Source: Pseudomonadota bacterium
GTDB taxonomy: Bacteria > Pseudomonadota > Gammaproteobacteria > JAKAQQ01
Direction of reading: 5' to 3'
DNA: 64,000 nucleotides
NCBI GenBank assembly: GCA_027365475.1
Contig: DAHXNI010000080.1
Location: forward strand, 5,490-69,489
The notes under the pieces were generated by a model that did no database searches, had not been told where the DNA came from, and was given only the letters and a program-made list of their open reading frames with translations. Position numbers and translations under genes: made by a program. Every line of letters starts with the position of its first letter. Positions within the stretch are counted from its first letter, which is position 1. This document shows, piece by piece, positions 45,507 through 56,509 of this stretch.

Positions 45507-45776
45507 ATGAAAACCACCACCATCCCGCCGCTGCGTGTATCCCCCGCGCTTCGCAAACAAGCCGAAGCGGTTCTGGAGCAGGGAGAGACGCTCTCCGGCT
45601 TCGTGCTCGAGGCCCTAAACCGAAACATTGAGTACCGCAAGGCGAGACAGGAGTTTCTTGCGCGCGGGTTAGCCAGCGCCGCGATCGCCAAAAAATCCGG
45701 GAAATATGTCCCGGCCGATCGGGTGATCGAGAAACTTGCGCGCAAACTGGTAAAAGTCAAACAACGCTTGGCCTAG
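45507..45776 (+). CDS. parD: ParD-family RHH antitoxin
   Basis: MKTTTIPPLRVSPALRKQAEAVLEQGETLSGFVLEAL (ribbon-helix-helix) ... RQEFLARGLASAAIAKKSGKYVPADRVIEKL, a ParD-like C-terminus. Start chosen at the second ATG with a GGAGAC RBS. Confidence 0.6.
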   Translation: MKTTTIPPLRVSPALRKQAEAVLEQGETLSGFVLEALNRNIEYRKARQEFLARGLASAAIAKKSGKYVPADRVIEKLARKLVKVKQRLA

Positions 45777-45780
45777 CCCA

Positions 45781-46083
45781 GTGAAACGCTATAAGGTTCG
45801 CTTCACGCCGGAGGCGGAAGACGATTTGCTGCGTCTCTATGAGTTTTTGCTGGAAAAGGACTTGGCGGCGGCCGAACGCGCTTTGGAGGCAATCCAAGGG
45901 GCCGTTGAATTACTGCGTTTCTCACCATTCTCTTGCCGCAAGGCACTCACCCGCAATCCTTTTCTGAGAGAACTCATTATTCCTTTCGGGTCCGCAGGAT
46001 ACGTGGCATTGTTTGAAATTGAGTCAGTAAACACGATAAACATCCTGGCCGTTCGGCACCAGCGCGAGGAGGATTACCAGTGA
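45781..46083 (+). CDS. parE: ParE/RelE-family toxin
   Basis: GTG start; YKVRFTPEAEDDLLRLYEFL...ELIIPFGSAGYVALFEIES..INILAVRHQREEDY is the ParE fold signature; 4 nt downstream of parD. Confidence 0.75.
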   Translation: MKRYKVRFTPEAEDDLLRLYEFLLEKDLAAAERALEAIQGAVELLRFSPFSCRKALTRNPFLRELIIPFGSAGYVALFEIESVNTINILAVRHQREEDYQ

Positions 46084-46203
46084 GAGGAGTCGACTCCCTA
46101 CGAAAGATGCCCAACGGCTGCTTCCAGGTACATACCCCTAAAGGCAGCACGCGGCCAGAAGCGGACGTTGAGCGATTCAATAGCACGATGATAGGGCGTC
46201 CTC

Positions 46204-46746
46204 ATGCGTAATTACGTAGCGCTGTTCCGCGGTATCAACGTGATGGGTAGCAATTCGCTACCGATGAAGGAGCTTGCTGCGCTTCTACAGCGTGAAGGCC
46301 TTAGCGACGTGCGCACTTACATCCAAAGCGGCAACGCTCTATTTCGCAGCGCGGCCGGAAGCGCGCATTTGTTGGCCAGTCGCATTGGCCGTGCGGTATA
46401 CGAGGCAAAGGGTTTTCATCCAAAGGTCGTTGTACTGAACGTAAGGGAGCTGGAAAGAGCAGCGTCGAACAATCCGTTTCCAAAGGCTGAAGACCAACCT
46501 CAGACGTTGCATCTATTTTTCCTTTCCGAAGTCCCGTTCCGTGCGGATCTGATATCGCTCGGCCGCCTGAGGTCCGACAGGGAAGCGTTCGCACTCAAGG
46601 GTAAGGTCTTCTATCTGCATACGCCGGACGGATTTGCCGTATCGAAGGTGTGCGCACAAGTGGAACGGCATGTTCATGTGGACGCGACGGCACGCAACTG
46701 GAATACCGTAACAAAGCTCCTGGAGATGGCGAACGCGGTCGAATGA
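46204..46746 (+). CDS. DUF1697-family protein
   Basis: MRNYVALFRGINVMGSNSLPMKELAALLQREGLSDVRTYIQSGNALF matches the DUF1697 N-terminal consensus. Confidence 0.7.
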   Translation: MRNYVALFRGINVMGSNSLPMKELAALLQREGLSDVRTYIQSGNALFRSAAGSAHLLASRIGRAVYEAKGFHPKVVVLNVRELERAASNNPFPKAEDQPQTLHLFFLSEVPFRADLISLGRLRSDREAFALKGKVFYLHTPDGFAVSKVCAQVERHVHVDATARNWNTVTKLLEMANAVE

Positions 46747-47770
46747 CTTCTCCGGGTCGAAAGTGTGAGTAGGCATTTTCGACAAGCGGTCATACCGGCT
46801 AAAGTCCAGTAAAATGTTTTGTCGGCAACGTTCGAACGGCTGCAACGCGCAGAGAAGCGGTCGACCATATTGTGAGCCCTCGATGACCGCACAGGCCGAG
46901 TAGCAGACCTTCATGGCCATCACTCTGACTGGCTGTTCCTGGCACGAGGCTGCCATTGGCCAACGGGTTGCAGTAGCTTTCATCGCGCCATTCAGCAGAC
47001 CACCATTTATCCATTTTCAGCCAAACTTGCCCATGCCGTTCTGCCCCTCGCAATATGCGAGCCATGGCATGCCTGAATCCTATTCAGCCCGGGCGCTCGG
47101 CATCTGAAAACACATATCCCTGAAGCAGGCAGGCACCCTCCACCCTCTGAGCGGAACTTTTCGCCTATCACGGCAGCATCACGGCTATATGCACGCTTGA
47201 TATCAGCAAATCTGCTTATGCAATACCCTCCTAAAGTATGTTTATGTAGTGTGCCACCTCGCTTTCCACCTCAGCTTTTATACTTATGTATTCGAGAAAC
47301 AGGGCCATATGCTTGCAAAGCACAGTTTCGGCATAACGTTTGGCATGCGCATAAAATAAAACGCATAAAATCAGGCTCAGGGCAACGCAATTTATGCACA
47401 GTGAGTCTTGGGGCTACTTGGCAATAGATTGCTTGGTTTTTGAGTGCGACGTGACACTGCAGTCAAAATTTTCGTCGCATGGTTCAACGTCCACGGGATG
47501 GACCGTTATGTCACCTGAGATCGGAGACCAGCTCGCTGGAATGGCGCAGAGATCTCGGCCAGGATCCCAGGGAGGTTCCGGACCCGCCGTACGGACTTGC
47601 AGAGCTCCTTGGGCATCGCACACCCATCAAGCGGGCGCGAGAATCGTTCGCTCCGCTTTGCTCGTGGTAAACCAGTCAGTCACACCTTCAGACCAACCGA
47701 AGACACGCCGGTTATGGCCAATCCAGTACACCTTAGGGCCGTACTCCGGCCCGACAGCCTGTTCCACTGG

Positions 47771-48799
47771 TCAACCCAGTCTCTTGGCGAGATCCTCGGC
47801 CCGGAGATGGGTATAGCGCTTCAGCATCTCAAGCGTCTTGTGTCCGGTGATGGCCGCAACCTCCATCGGATTGAACCCTTTCTCGAAGAGCCGGCTCGTG
47901 GCTTCATGCCGGAGATCATGGAATCTGAGATCCACCATCGGCTCGAGCGCCTGTGAGCTTTGGCTCTTCTTGCCCATCGCAGCCCGTGCCGTGATCCGTG
48001 CGAATGCCTGGCTGATCGCATCTGCCGTCATCCCGAACACCGAGCCATCAAGCCTCCGGGGCAGCCCCTTGAGCACCTCGAGCGCCCGGCTCGAGAGCGG
48101 CACATCCCGCCTCTCCCCGTTCTTCGTCTCCTCGAGATGGATGACCCGATTCCCCCAGTCCACCTGTTCCCAACGCATCCCTGCAATTTCTCCCCGCCGC
48201 ATGGCCGTTTCCAGGGCGAGCACGATAATCGGCCCGATCATCCCCCCATAGGCCTTGGCACGGGCCAATAGCTCATCACCCTCCCCCGGCTCAAGTCTCC
48301 GTTTCCGTCCGGGCGGAAGCTTGGGACGCGCCGCGCGTGCCAGGGCAACCGGGTTCTGGAGGCTTTCCATGCCCCACGAGGTCCGGGCGAGTTCGAAGAC
48401 ACGGGAGATGATACCGAGGTCGAGCTTGATCGTGTGCGGGTTCATGCCTTCCATCTCGCGCTCGTGAATGAATCCGGCAATGTCCTTCCCGCGAATGCCG
48501 GCGAGCTTACGCAGGGCAAGTGGTCGCTTCTCAATGGCACGGGCCCGGTAGGTGGCCATCTTCCGGCCCTTAAGCCTTGGCACGTACTCGGTCACGAAAC
48601 GCTCCAGCGCCTCGGCAAGTGTCGTCTCCTCCGCCTCGGTGCGCGAGAGAAAGATTCCCCGGCCCATTTCGGACTCGATGCCGTGTGCCCAAGCTGCCGC
48701 TTCCGACTTGCTTCCGAAGGTCGCCGTCTCGACCGGATACCCACGCCGCCGGACGCGCACCCGCCACTGCCCCGATTTCCGCCGTTCGAATGTCGCCAT
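47771..48799 (-). CDS. int: Tyrosine-type site-specific integrase (phage integrase family) of the tRNA-fMet island
   Basis: 342 aa; catalytic R...HxLRH...Y motifs (RRGEIAGMRWEQV; HDLRHEATSRL; LKRYTHL); start 98 bp from the tRNA 3' end. Confidence 0.9.
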   Translation of the reverse strand: MATFERRKSGQWRVRVRRRGYPVETATFGSKSEAAAWAHGIESEMGRGIFLSRTEAEETTLAEALERFVTEYVPRLKGRKMATYRARAIEKRPLALRKLAGIRGKDIAGFIHEREMEGMNPHTIKLDLGIISRVFELARTSWGMESLQNPVALARAARPKLPPGRKRRLEPGEGDELLARAKAYGGMIGPIIVLALETAMRRGEIAGMRWEQVDWGNRVIHLEETKNGERRDVPLSSRALEVLKGLPRRLDGSVFGMTADAISQAFARITARAAMGKKSQSSQALEPMVDLRFHDLRHEATSRLFEKGFNPMEVAAITGHKTLEMLKRYTHLRAEDLAKRLG

Positions 48800-48897
48800 G
48801 GCTGCTCCTCCATTGGCCTCAGTTCGAGCTCAGTGGACCAAATTTGGACCAAAAGGTCAAGTCATGGGTCGTGACAGTTTCTATCTTATTGATTTTG

Positions 48898-48974
48898 TGG
48901 TAGCGGGGGCAGGATTTGAACCTGCGACCTTCGGGTTATGAGCCCGACGAGCTGCCAGACTGCTCCACCCCGCA
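48898..48974 (-). tRNA. tRNA-fMet (initiator, anticodon CAT), intact; integration target of the island
   Basis: The revcomp (T)GCGGGGTGGAGCAGTCTGGCAGCTCGTCGGGCTCATAACCCGAAGGTCGCAGGTTCAAATCCTGCCCCCGCTACCA folds as a cloverleaf. It has three G-C pairs in the anticodon stem and an unpaired 1:72 position, both hallmarks of bacterial initiator tRNA. The encoded CCA is present. Confidence 0.9.
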
Positions 48975-49089
48975 TCCCGATTGCGAGATCATTCTAAACG
49001 GTTATCATCCGATCATCAAATTCGCCGGGATGGATGAACCCGTGAGGGCGCCTCACATTCTGCCTTTTTCTTCCGAACCCATCAAGCGA

Positions 49090-50535
49090 TCAGTAGCGTA
49101 CCGCCCACGCACAGAGCTGCCACAAGGCATCGGGAACCAGTCCCAGAACAATCAGGGCCAACCCATTCATGGAGAGGATCAGTTCAGGGATTCCCCAGGG
49201 AACGGACATCGCCTTCTGGTTGGCAACCCGGTCGAAATACATGATTTTGACGACCCGGAGATAGTAGAACGCACCCACGACCGCCATGATCACGGCCAAA
49301 ACGGCCACCCAAACCTCGCCCTGGCCGAGAAGCGCCCGAAGAATCGAGAGCTTGGCCCAGAACCCGACGAAGGGAGGGATCCCGGCCAGAGAGAACATGG
49401 CAAACAGCATGAGGAGCGACCACCATGGGTGGATCTGGCTCAGCCCGGCGAGATCATCAAGATCTTCGACATCGCGTCCACGCGCCCGAAGTACGAGGAG
49501 AATGCCGAATGCGAGAAGGGTCATCGTCACATAGATGATCGTGTAATAGACGGCCGCGATCTCGCCAGAAATGGTGCCGGTCGCGATGCCAAGCAGGATG
49601 AAACCCACATGCCCGATAGCCGAATACGCGAGCAGGCGCTTAAAATTGCTCTGGGCGAGCGCCGCCAGATTGCCGACCAAAAGCGACAGAATCGCCACCC
49701 CGAGCACCATGGGCATCCATTGGGCTGAAAGCGGATGCAGACCCGCAACCAAAAGGCGCATGATGAGCGCAATCGCACCGAGTTCGGGGATTGTTCCGAC
49801 GAGCAGGGTGATCGGCGTGGGTGATCCTTCATAGACATCCGGCACCCACATGTGAAATGGGGCTGCGCCAAACTTGAACGCAAGGGCCACGATCACGAAT
49901 GCGGTTGCAAAGAGGAAAAGCACACGGTCCCCGCCTCCGAGCCCAGCGATCATCTTGGGAAGCATCGCAAGCGAAAGCGTGCCGCTCAGACCATAGAGCA
50001 GCGACAGACCATAAAGCAGGATACCCGAAGCGATCGCTCCCAGGAAAAAGTACTTCATCGCGGCTTCGGCAGCAATCACCCGTTCGCGGTCGATTGAAAC
50101 CAGTGCATAAAGCGAGAGCGAAAGCAGCTCGATTCCGAGGAACAGAACGAGAACATTGGCGCCCGTCACGATCGCGAGAATCCCGAGTGTCGCGCTGAGC
50201 AAGAGCGCATAGTACTCCCCGTGTCCGAAACCGTGCCGCTCGAGATCGCCGATCGAGTAAATGACCACAAGCAGTGCCACAACCGATACGGACACCACCA
50301 GCAGGCGCGACAGGGGGTCGACGATGAGTCCGCCGTCAAAAAATACACCCCAGCTGGCCGCAGTCCAGAAACTCGCGGACATCGCGGCGAGACCCAATGC
50401 CAAAAGCGTGCTCGCCGGAATGGCGAAAGCGAGCGTCCGATCCCTGACGAAAGGACGCAGAGCCTCGAGCAAAACCACGAAGAGTACACCGCCTGCGACC
50501 CAGGCTTCCGGAGCAATCGCCGACATCGACATCAT
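49090..50535 (-). CDS. nuoN: NADH-quinone oxidoreductase subunit N
   Basis: 481 aa polytopic membrane protein, antiporter-like; nuo operon order. Confidence 0.9.
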   Translation of the reverse strand: MMSMSAIAPEAWVAGGVLFVVLLEALRPFVRDRTLAFAIPASTLLALGLAAMSASFWTAASWGVFFDGGLIVDPLSRLLVVSVSVVALLVVIYSIGDLERHGFGHGEYYALLLSATLGILAIVTGANVLVLFLGIELLSLSLYALVSIDRERVIAAEAAMKYFFLGAIASGILLYGLSLLYGLSGTLSLAMLPKMIAGLGGGDRVLFLFATAFVIVALAFKFGAAPFHMWVPDVYEGSPTPITLLVGTIPELGAIALIMRLLVAGLHPLSAQWMPMVLGVAILSLLVGNLAALAQSNFKRLLAYSAIGHVGFILLGIATGTISGEIAAVYYTIIYVTMTLLAFGILLVLRARGRDVEDLDDLAGLSQIHPWWSLLMLFAMFSLAGIPPFVGFWAKLSILRALLGQGEVWVAVLAVIMAVVGAFYYLRVVKIMYFDRVANQKAMSVPWGIPELILSMNGLALIVLGLVPDALWQLCAWAVRY

Positions 50536-50554
50536 GATTCAGTCACCTGTCTCG

Positions 50555-52084
50555 TCATGGACCCAGGCCCCGTGGAATCTTGGTCGCAAGAGCCTGGTGG
50601 ACCAGGTGAGCAACCGAGGCCCGCATGACGTCCAAAATCGGCGACGGCCAGAGACCGAAAAGGAGAACGGGCACGACAAGCAGGAATAGGAACAGGCGTT
50701 CACGCATCGTGACATCGACCAGTTTCGCAACCGGCTCGTTCAAAACCGGGCCAAAAACCACACGCTTGATGAGCCAGAGGGTAAAACCGGCTCCGATGAC
50801 GAGATTCAGGGCTGCGAAGAGGCTCCACCAGGGATTGGCCACCCAAGTGGCGAGGATCACCTGGAACTCTCCCACAAACCCGCTTGTTCCGGGGAGACCC
50901 ACATTCGCCATGGCGAAGAACACGAACAGTGCACCGAACACGGGCATGGTCCGGGCGATGCCGCCATAGGTTGAGATCTCCCGGGAGTGCAACCGATCGT
51001 AGAGAACGCCCACACAGAGAAAAAGGGCAGCCGAAACCAGGCCGTGGGAGATCATCTGGAAGATACCGCCCTGAACGCCCATGCGGGCCGCTTCGATGGC
51101 GGAGGCACCCGCCATAAAGAAAAGCGCAAAGAACCCGAGCGTCACGAACCCCATGTGTACAATCGAGGAATAGGCAATCAGCTTCTTCATATCGGTCTGG
51201 ACGAGTGCAACGAAACCGATATAGACGATGGCAATAAGCGAAAGGGCCACCATGAGTCCCGAGAAATAGCGGCTCGCATCCGGCGTGATCGGGAGGCTCA
51301 GGCGCAGAAATCCGTAGGCTCCCATCTTCAGCATGATCGCGGCCAGGATGACGGATCCTCCGGTCGGCGCCTCGACATGCGCATCCGGCAGCCACGTATG
51401 CACAGGCCACATGGGTACCTTGACCGCGAAGGCCAGCAGAAAAGCGATGAAGAGCCAGATCTGTGTCCCGAGACCGAGCGGCGTGCGCTGCAGAGTGAGA
51501 AGATCATAGCTGCCGGTCCGCTGGCCGAGGTAGATCAGGGCCACCAGCATGAGGACAGATCCGAGAAAGGTATAGAGGAAAAACTTGAAACTGGCGTAGA
51601 TCCGACGCGGCCCACCCCACACGCCGATGATGATGAACATCGGGATGAGCATGGCTTCCCAGAAAAAATAGAACAGGAGGCCATCCAGTGCCGCAAAGAC
51701 TCCATTCATGAATCCTTCCATGAGGAGAAACGCCGCGAAATAGGCGGCCTGCTTGTATTCGATGACCCGCCAGCCCGCCAGCACCACGAGCACGGTGCTG
51801 AAGGTCGTGAGCACGAGGAACGGCAGGGAAATCCCATCGATCCCGAGGTGGTAGTTCACATGAAGCAGCGGGATCCAGGCGATTCGTTCCACGAATTGCA
51901 TGCTCGCCGTGCCGTCGCGGAATCCGATCCAGACCACCACACTCAACGCGAATGCGAGGATCGAAGTCACCAGGGCAAAGCCGCGCGCGAAAGACGGTGC
52001 ACGGGATCCGAGAGCGAGGAGTACGAGCCCGGATGCCACCGGAAACCAGATCAGGAAACTCAACCAGAACGAAGCCGGTATCAT
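50555..52084 (-). CDS. nuoM: NADH-quinone oxidoreductase subunit M
   Basis: 509 aa antiporter-like subunit. Confidence 0.9.
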   Translation of the reverse strand: MIPASFWLSFLIWFPVASGLVLLALGSRAPSFARGFALVTSILAFALSVVVWIGFRDGTASMQFVERIAWIPLLHVNYHLGIDGISLPFLVLTTFSTVLVVLAGWRVIEYKQAAYFAAFLLMEGFMNGVFAALDGLLFYFFWEAMLIPMFIIIGVWGGPRRIYASFKFFLYTFLGSVLMLVALIYLGQRTGSYDLLTLQRTPLGLGTQIWLFIAFLLAFAVKVPMWPVHTWLPDAHVEAPTGGSVILAAIMLKMGAYGFLRLSLPITPDASRYFSGLMVALSLIAIVYIGFVALVQTDMKKLIAYSSIVHMGFVTLGFFALFFMAGASAIEAARMGVQGGIFQMISHGLVSAALFLCVGVLYDRLHSREISTYGGIARTMPVFGALFVFFAMANVGLPGTSGFVGEFQVILATWVANPWWSLFAALNLVIGAGFTLWLIKRVVFGPVLNEPVAKLVDVTMRERLFLFLLVVPVLLFGLWPSPILDVMRASVAHLVHQALATKIPRGLGP

Positions 52085-52096
52085 GTCGATGACCCC

Positions 52097-54040
52097 TCAG
52101 TACCGGACCAGCGCCCAGAAAACCAGAACCACGAGCGCGGACACCATGGTGAACGCGTACTGATAAAGGAATCCGGTCTGGAGTTTGCGCACGAGGGAAC
52201 CCAACCACCCGATTCTGGATGCCGTCCCGTTCACGGCCATACCATCGATCACCCGCTCATCCCCCCACTTCCAGAGTCCGCGGCCCAAGAGCACACTCCC
52301 GGCAGCTCCGAGGCGCAGATACAAAGCATCGAAACCATACCCCTGGAGCAGCATCCGGTAGAGCGGGCCGGCTCCGGCCGCGACACGCGCCGGCCATTCG
52401 GGTCGCCAAAGATAGCCGTAGACAGCCACGCCGAGTCCGGCCAGCATGAGGTAGAACGTGGGTGCATCCCAGGCACTCAGGAAAAAGTGCCAGGCGGTGA
52501 GGTGCGCGAATCGGGCGAGCGGATTGACCCCGAGCGGGGTGGCGAGCGACGAGGCAAAAAATGAACCGCCGAGGAGCGGGTGGAAAAGGATCCAGCCCAC
52601 CGCGAGCGCCGGAACTGCGAGCATGACGAGCGGCAGGGTCACAACCCAGGGGCTTTCGTGAAGGTGCTCACGGGTGTGTGCATCCATCCGTTCGGTGCCA
52701 TGGAACACCATGAAGAGCATGCGAAACGTGTAAAGCGCGGTCACGAACACGCTCAAAAGGAGGAGCACGTAGGCGAAGGCCGCACCGGCAATCGGACTCT
52801 GGCCCACGGCATCGATCAGCGCATCCTTGGAGAAATAACCCGAGAACCCGGGAAACGCGACCAGTGCCAGCGCGCCCACCAGGAAGGTGGCATAGGTCAC
52901 CGGCAGATATTTGCGCAATCCTCCCATCTTGCGCATGTCCTGTTCATGATGCATGGCCAGAATGACCGACCCCGCCGCAAGAAAGAGCAGTGCCTTGAAG
53001 AAGGCATGGGTCACGAGATGGAAAATTCCCGCGGCAAAGGCCGAGGCTCCAAGGCCAGCCATCATGTAACCCAACTGCGAAAGGGTCGAATAGGCGATCA
53101 CCCGTTTGATGTCGGTCGCGACGACACCCAAAATGCCCATGAAGAATGCCGTGAGCGACCCGATCACCAGGATCACGCTGAGCGCCACGGGGGCATGGAT
53201 ATAAAGCGGCGAAAGCCGCGCTACGAGATAAACACCGGCGGTCACCATGGTGGCCGCATGGATCAGTGCGGAAATGGGGGTCGGACCCTCCATGGAATCC
53301 GGTAGCCAGACATGGAGTGGAATCTGTGCGGATTTGCCCATGGCACCCACGAAAAGGAGGAGCCCCATGAGCGTGAGCACCTGGACGTGCCAGCCAAACC
53401 CCAGATTCACCGTTGTTCCGACGAGATCCGGAACCCGCGCGAACACGGCTGCATAGGCCAGGGATCCCGTATAGTGGAGCACCATGGCGATCCCCAGGAT
53501 AAAACCCAGATCACCGATGCGGTTGACCAGAAACGCCTTGAGCGCAGCAGCAGTGGCGGTCGGCTTCTCGAACCAGAAACCGATCAGGAGATAGGAAACG
53601 AGACCCACCCCTTCCCAGCCGATGAAAAGCTGAAGGAAATTATTCGCCAGGACGAGAAGCAGCATGGCGAAGGTGAAAAGTGAAATGTAGGAGAAGAAAC
53701 GAATATCTCCAGGGTCATCCGCCATATACCCAATGCTGTAGATATGGACTGCAAGGGAGACGAAGGTGACCACAAGGGCCAAAAGCGCGCTCAGGGGATC
53801 GACCAGGAAACCAATCTGGAATGGAATCCCGCCGCTCACCATCCAGGTATAGACAGGAGCATCCAGACGGGCACCGCCCAAAACCCTGAGGAGGACCCAG
53901 AACGACAGCACACAGGAGACGGCGACACCCGCGATCGTGAGCATATGGGTCAGGCGCCGGCCGAGGTGCGATCCGGCGAGCCCCGTGACCAGGGCCGCCA
54001 TGAGCGGGGCCAGAATAATCCAGAGTGCGAGGGATGCCAC
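52097..54040 (-). CDS. nuoL: NADH-quinone oxidoreductase subunit L
   Basis: 647 aa antiporter-like subunit. Confidence 0.9.
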   Translation of the reverse strand: MASLALWIILAPLMAALVTGLAGSHLGRRLTHMLTIAGVAVSCVLSFWVLLRVLGGARLDAPVYTWMVSGGIPFQIGFLVDPLSALLALVVTFVSLAVHIYSIGYMADDPGDIRFFSYISLFTFAMLLLVLANNFLQLFIGWEGVGLVSYLLIGFWFEKPTATAAALKAFLVNRIGDLGFILGIAMVLHYTGSLAYAAVFARVPDLVGTTVNLGFGWHVQVLTLMGLLLFVGAMGKSAQIPLHVWLPDSMEGPTPISALIHAATMVTAGVYLVARLSPLYIHAPVALSVILVIGSLTAFFMGILGVVATDIKRVIAYSTLSQLGYMMAGLGASAFAAGIFHLVTHAFFKALLFLAAGSVILAMHHEQDMRKMGGLRKYLPVTYATFLVGALALVAFPGFSGYFSKDALIDAVGQSPIAGAAFAYVLLLLSVFVTALYTFRMLFMVFHGTERMDAHTREHLHESPWVVTLPLVMLAVPALAVGWILFHPLLGGSFFASSLATPLGVNPLARFAHLTAWHFFLSAWDAPTFYLMLAGLGVAVYGYLWRPEWPARVAAGAGPLYRMLLQGYGFDALYLRLGAAGSVLLGRGLWKWGDERVIDGMAVNGTASRIGWLGSLVRKLQTGFLYQYAFTMVSALVVLVFWALVRY

Positions 54041-54045
54041 GGCTG

Positions 54046-54351
54046 CTATCCTTTGAGCTGGTCGAGGTCTTGGACATTGATGCTTTGGCGGTGGCGGAAC
54101 ACGACCACCAGAAGCGCCAACCCGATCGCCGACTCGGCAGCGGCGACCGTGAGAACAAAGAAAACGAAGATCTGGCCCTCCCGGTTCATGAGGTAACGGG
54201 AGAATGCGACGAAGTTGATGTTAACCGCAAGGAGAATGAGCTCGACGCACATGAGGAGAACCACGAGATTCTTGCGGTTGATGAAAAGTCCCATGACCGC
54301 GAGCGCGAAGAGAATGGCGCCCAGGATGAGATAGTCATTCAGCGGGATCAT
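54046..54351 (-). CDS. nuoK: NADH-quinone oxidoreductase subunit K
   Basis: 101 aa, 3 TM helices; NuoK N-terminus [15 protein letters not shown]. Confidence 0.9.
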   Translation of the reverse strand: MIPLNDYLILGAILFALAVMGLFINRKNLVVLLMCVELILLAVNINFVAFSRYLMNREGQIFVFFVLTVAAAESAIGLALLVVVFRHRQSINVQDLDQLKG

Positions 54352-54977
54352 GTCGATGCTCCACGACGCGGGGGCTTGGGCGAGACGAGCCGCACCCGGT
54401 CCCGGGCCCGGACACGCACCTGTTCGGACGGTTTCTGGCTCTGGATACCCGCGCGATGCCGAAGCGTGAGCAGGATGGCGGCGATCAACCCAACCAGGAG
54501 AATCATGCCGGCCAGTTCGAACGGGTAGAGATCACGCCGATAAAGCTCCGTCCCGAGCGCGCGGGTATTGTCATGTCTCGCGAGGACATGGATCGGGGCC
54601 GCAAGCCCGTGGAACCCGAGCGTGTGGGCCCAGAACAGATAGACGAGCTCCAGGATGAGGATCAGTGCCACGACGGCCCCGAGCGGCGCGTAGCGGACAA
54701 AACCTTCACGGAGTTTCTCGACTTCCACATCCAGCATCATGACCACAAAAAGAAGCAGCACCAGAACCGCACCCACATAGATCAGGATCAGGATGATGCC
54801 GAGAAACTCCGCACCCGCCAGAATCCAGAGTACCGCCGTATTAAAGAAACAGAGCACCAGAAACAGCGCCGCATGAACCGGGTGCCGAACCGTGATGACG
54901 CGGAATGCAGAAACCACGAGAATGGTCCCGAACACCCAGAACACGCCCTCCTCGATCCAGTCAGCCGGGTTCATCAT
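54348..54977 (-). CDS. nuoJ: NADH-quinone oxidoreductase subunit J
   Basis: 209 aa membrane subunit; 4-bp overlap with nuoK. Confidence 0.9.
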   Translation of the reverse strand: MMNPADWIEEGVFWVFGTILVVSAFRVITVRHPVHAALFLVLCFFNTAVLWILAGAEFLGIILILIYVGAVLVLLLFVVMMLDVEVEKLREGFVRYAPLGAVVALILILELVYLFWAHTLGFHGLAAPIHVLARHDNTRALGTELYRRDLYPFELAGMILLVGLIAAILLTLRHRAGIQSQKPSEQVRVRARDRVRLVSPKPPRRGAST

Positions 54978-54983
54978 CGGTGC

Positions 54984-55472
54984 TTACCGGAAGGACGCAT
55001 CTGATTCCCGATCGCGCGCGATCTGGGCCTCGAATTTGTCGCCGATGGCCAATAGCTTTTCCTTGGTCATGATCTGCTGCCCCCGTTCCTCGAAATGGAA
55101 CTCATAGATCCGCGTCTCGACAATGGAGTCGACAGGACAGGCTTCCTCGCAAAATCCGCAGTAGATGCACTTGAAGAGGTCAATGTCATATCGGGTCGTG
55201 CGCCGCGTTCCATCCGCACGCTTTTCCGAATCGATTGTGATGGCCAGGGCCGGGCAGACGGCTTCACAGAGTTTGCAGGCGATGCAGCGTTCTTCCCCGT
55301 TCGGATAACGGCGCAGCGCGTGCAGTCCGCGGAACCGTGCCGACTGAGGCGTCTTCTCATCCGGGTAGCGGAGCGTGAACTTGCGCGAGACAAACTCGCG
55401 AAAGGTGACTCCGAGACCCATAAACAGCTCCACAAGGAGGAATCCCTTGAGAAACGAACGGAACCGTTTCAT
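54984..55472 (-). CDS. nuoI: NADH-quinone oxidoreductase subunit I (2x[4Fe-4S] ferredoxin)
   Basis: [12 protein letters not shown] and [12 protein letters not shown] cluster motifs. Confidence 0.9.
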   Translation of the reverse strand: MKRFRSFLKGFLLVELFMGLGVTFREFVSRKFTLRYPDEKTPQSARFRGLHALRRYPNGEERCIACKLCEAVCPALAITIDSEKRADGTRRTTRYDIDLFKCIYCGFCEEACPVDSIVETRIYEFHFEERGQQIMTKEKLLAIGDKFEAQIARDRESDASFR

Positions 55473-56509
55473 GACAGTCCCCCATGGAACCAGGGTCCGA
55501 CCTGCCCGATGATGAAAGCGGATTCGACCACAAGCCAGACCAGCGTGGCAGGGATGAAAACCTTCCAGCCGAGCCGCATGATCTGGTCATAGCGGTAACG
55601 GGGGAAAGTGGCACGGAACCAGAGAAACAGAAACAGGAGCACACCGATCTTGAGGGCAAGCCAAACCAGTCCGTTGGCACTCAAAAGCGGGATTCCGAGT
55701 CCGGCTAGAGGCGATCCCCAACCCCCCAAAAACAGGGTTGCGGCCAGCGCCGCAATCAGGATCATGTTGGCGTATTCGGCCAGGAAAAAGACCGCGAACG
55801 CCGTACCTGAATATTCGACGTGAAAACCGGCGACGATTTCGGATTCTCCTTCAGCCACATCAAAAGGCGCGCGGTTGGTTTCGGCCACTCCGGATACGAA
55901 GTAGATCATGAAAAGCGGCAGCAACGGTATGAAATACCAGTGGAGGATCCCGCCCGACTGGTTCTCGACGATGTGCTCGAGATTGAGCGTCTGGGCCGCC
56001 ATCACGACGCCAATCAGGGCAAACCCCATTGCGATCTCGTATGAGATGATCTGCGCGGCCGAACGCATGGCACCCAGGAGGGCATATTTGGAATTCGAGG
56101 CCCAGCCGGCCAGAATGACGCCGTAGACACCGATCGAGGTCAGCGCGAGCACATAGATGAGCCCGGCATTGACATTGGCCAGAATGAGCCCCCGTGCAAA
56201 CGGAATCACGGCCCAGGTCGCCAGTGCCGGAACGATGGCTAAAACCGGTGCGACGACGAAGAGAAGTCCGCTCGAACGCTCCGGGATGATGATTTCCTTG
56301 AAGAGGAGTTTCAGCACATCCGCAAACGGCTGGAGCAACCCCCACTGTCCAACCCGATTCGGTCCGAGCCGTGATTGCATATAACCGATCACCTTCCGCT
56401 CCGCGTAGGTGAGGTAGGCAACTGAGAGGATCACAACCACAGTAACCACGAGAATGCCCACGAGGTGGGGCAGAAACCAGGATTCGAGACCCAAAAGCCA
56501 GGGGTTCAT
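55469..56509 (-). CDS. nuoH: NADH-quinone oxidoreductase subunit H
   Basis: Start at the ATG for [11 protein letters not shown], which gives a 4-bp overlap with nuoG. The longer track ORF is not supported. Confidence 0.85.
   Translation of the reverse strand: MNPWLLGLESWFLPHLVGILVVTVVVILSVAYLTYAERKVIGYMQSRLGPNRVGQWGLLQPFADVLKLLFKEIIIPERSSGLLFVVAPVLAIVPALATWAVIPFARGLILANVNAGLIYVLALTSIGVYGVILAGWASNSKYALLGAMRSAAQIISYEIAMGFALIGVVMAAQTLNLEHIVENQSGGILHWYFIPLLPLFMIYFVSGVAETNRAPFDVAEGESEIVAGFHVEYSGTAFAVFFLAEYANMILIAALAATLFLGGWGSPLAGLGIPLLSANGLVWLALKIGVLLFLFLWFRATFPRYRYDQIMRLGWKVFIPATLVWLVVESAFIIGQVGPWFHGGLS

Noticed and set aside
46513-46983. 156-aa minus-strand ORF
   Set aside because: Overlaps the well-supported DUF1697 gene on the opposite strand; no domain.
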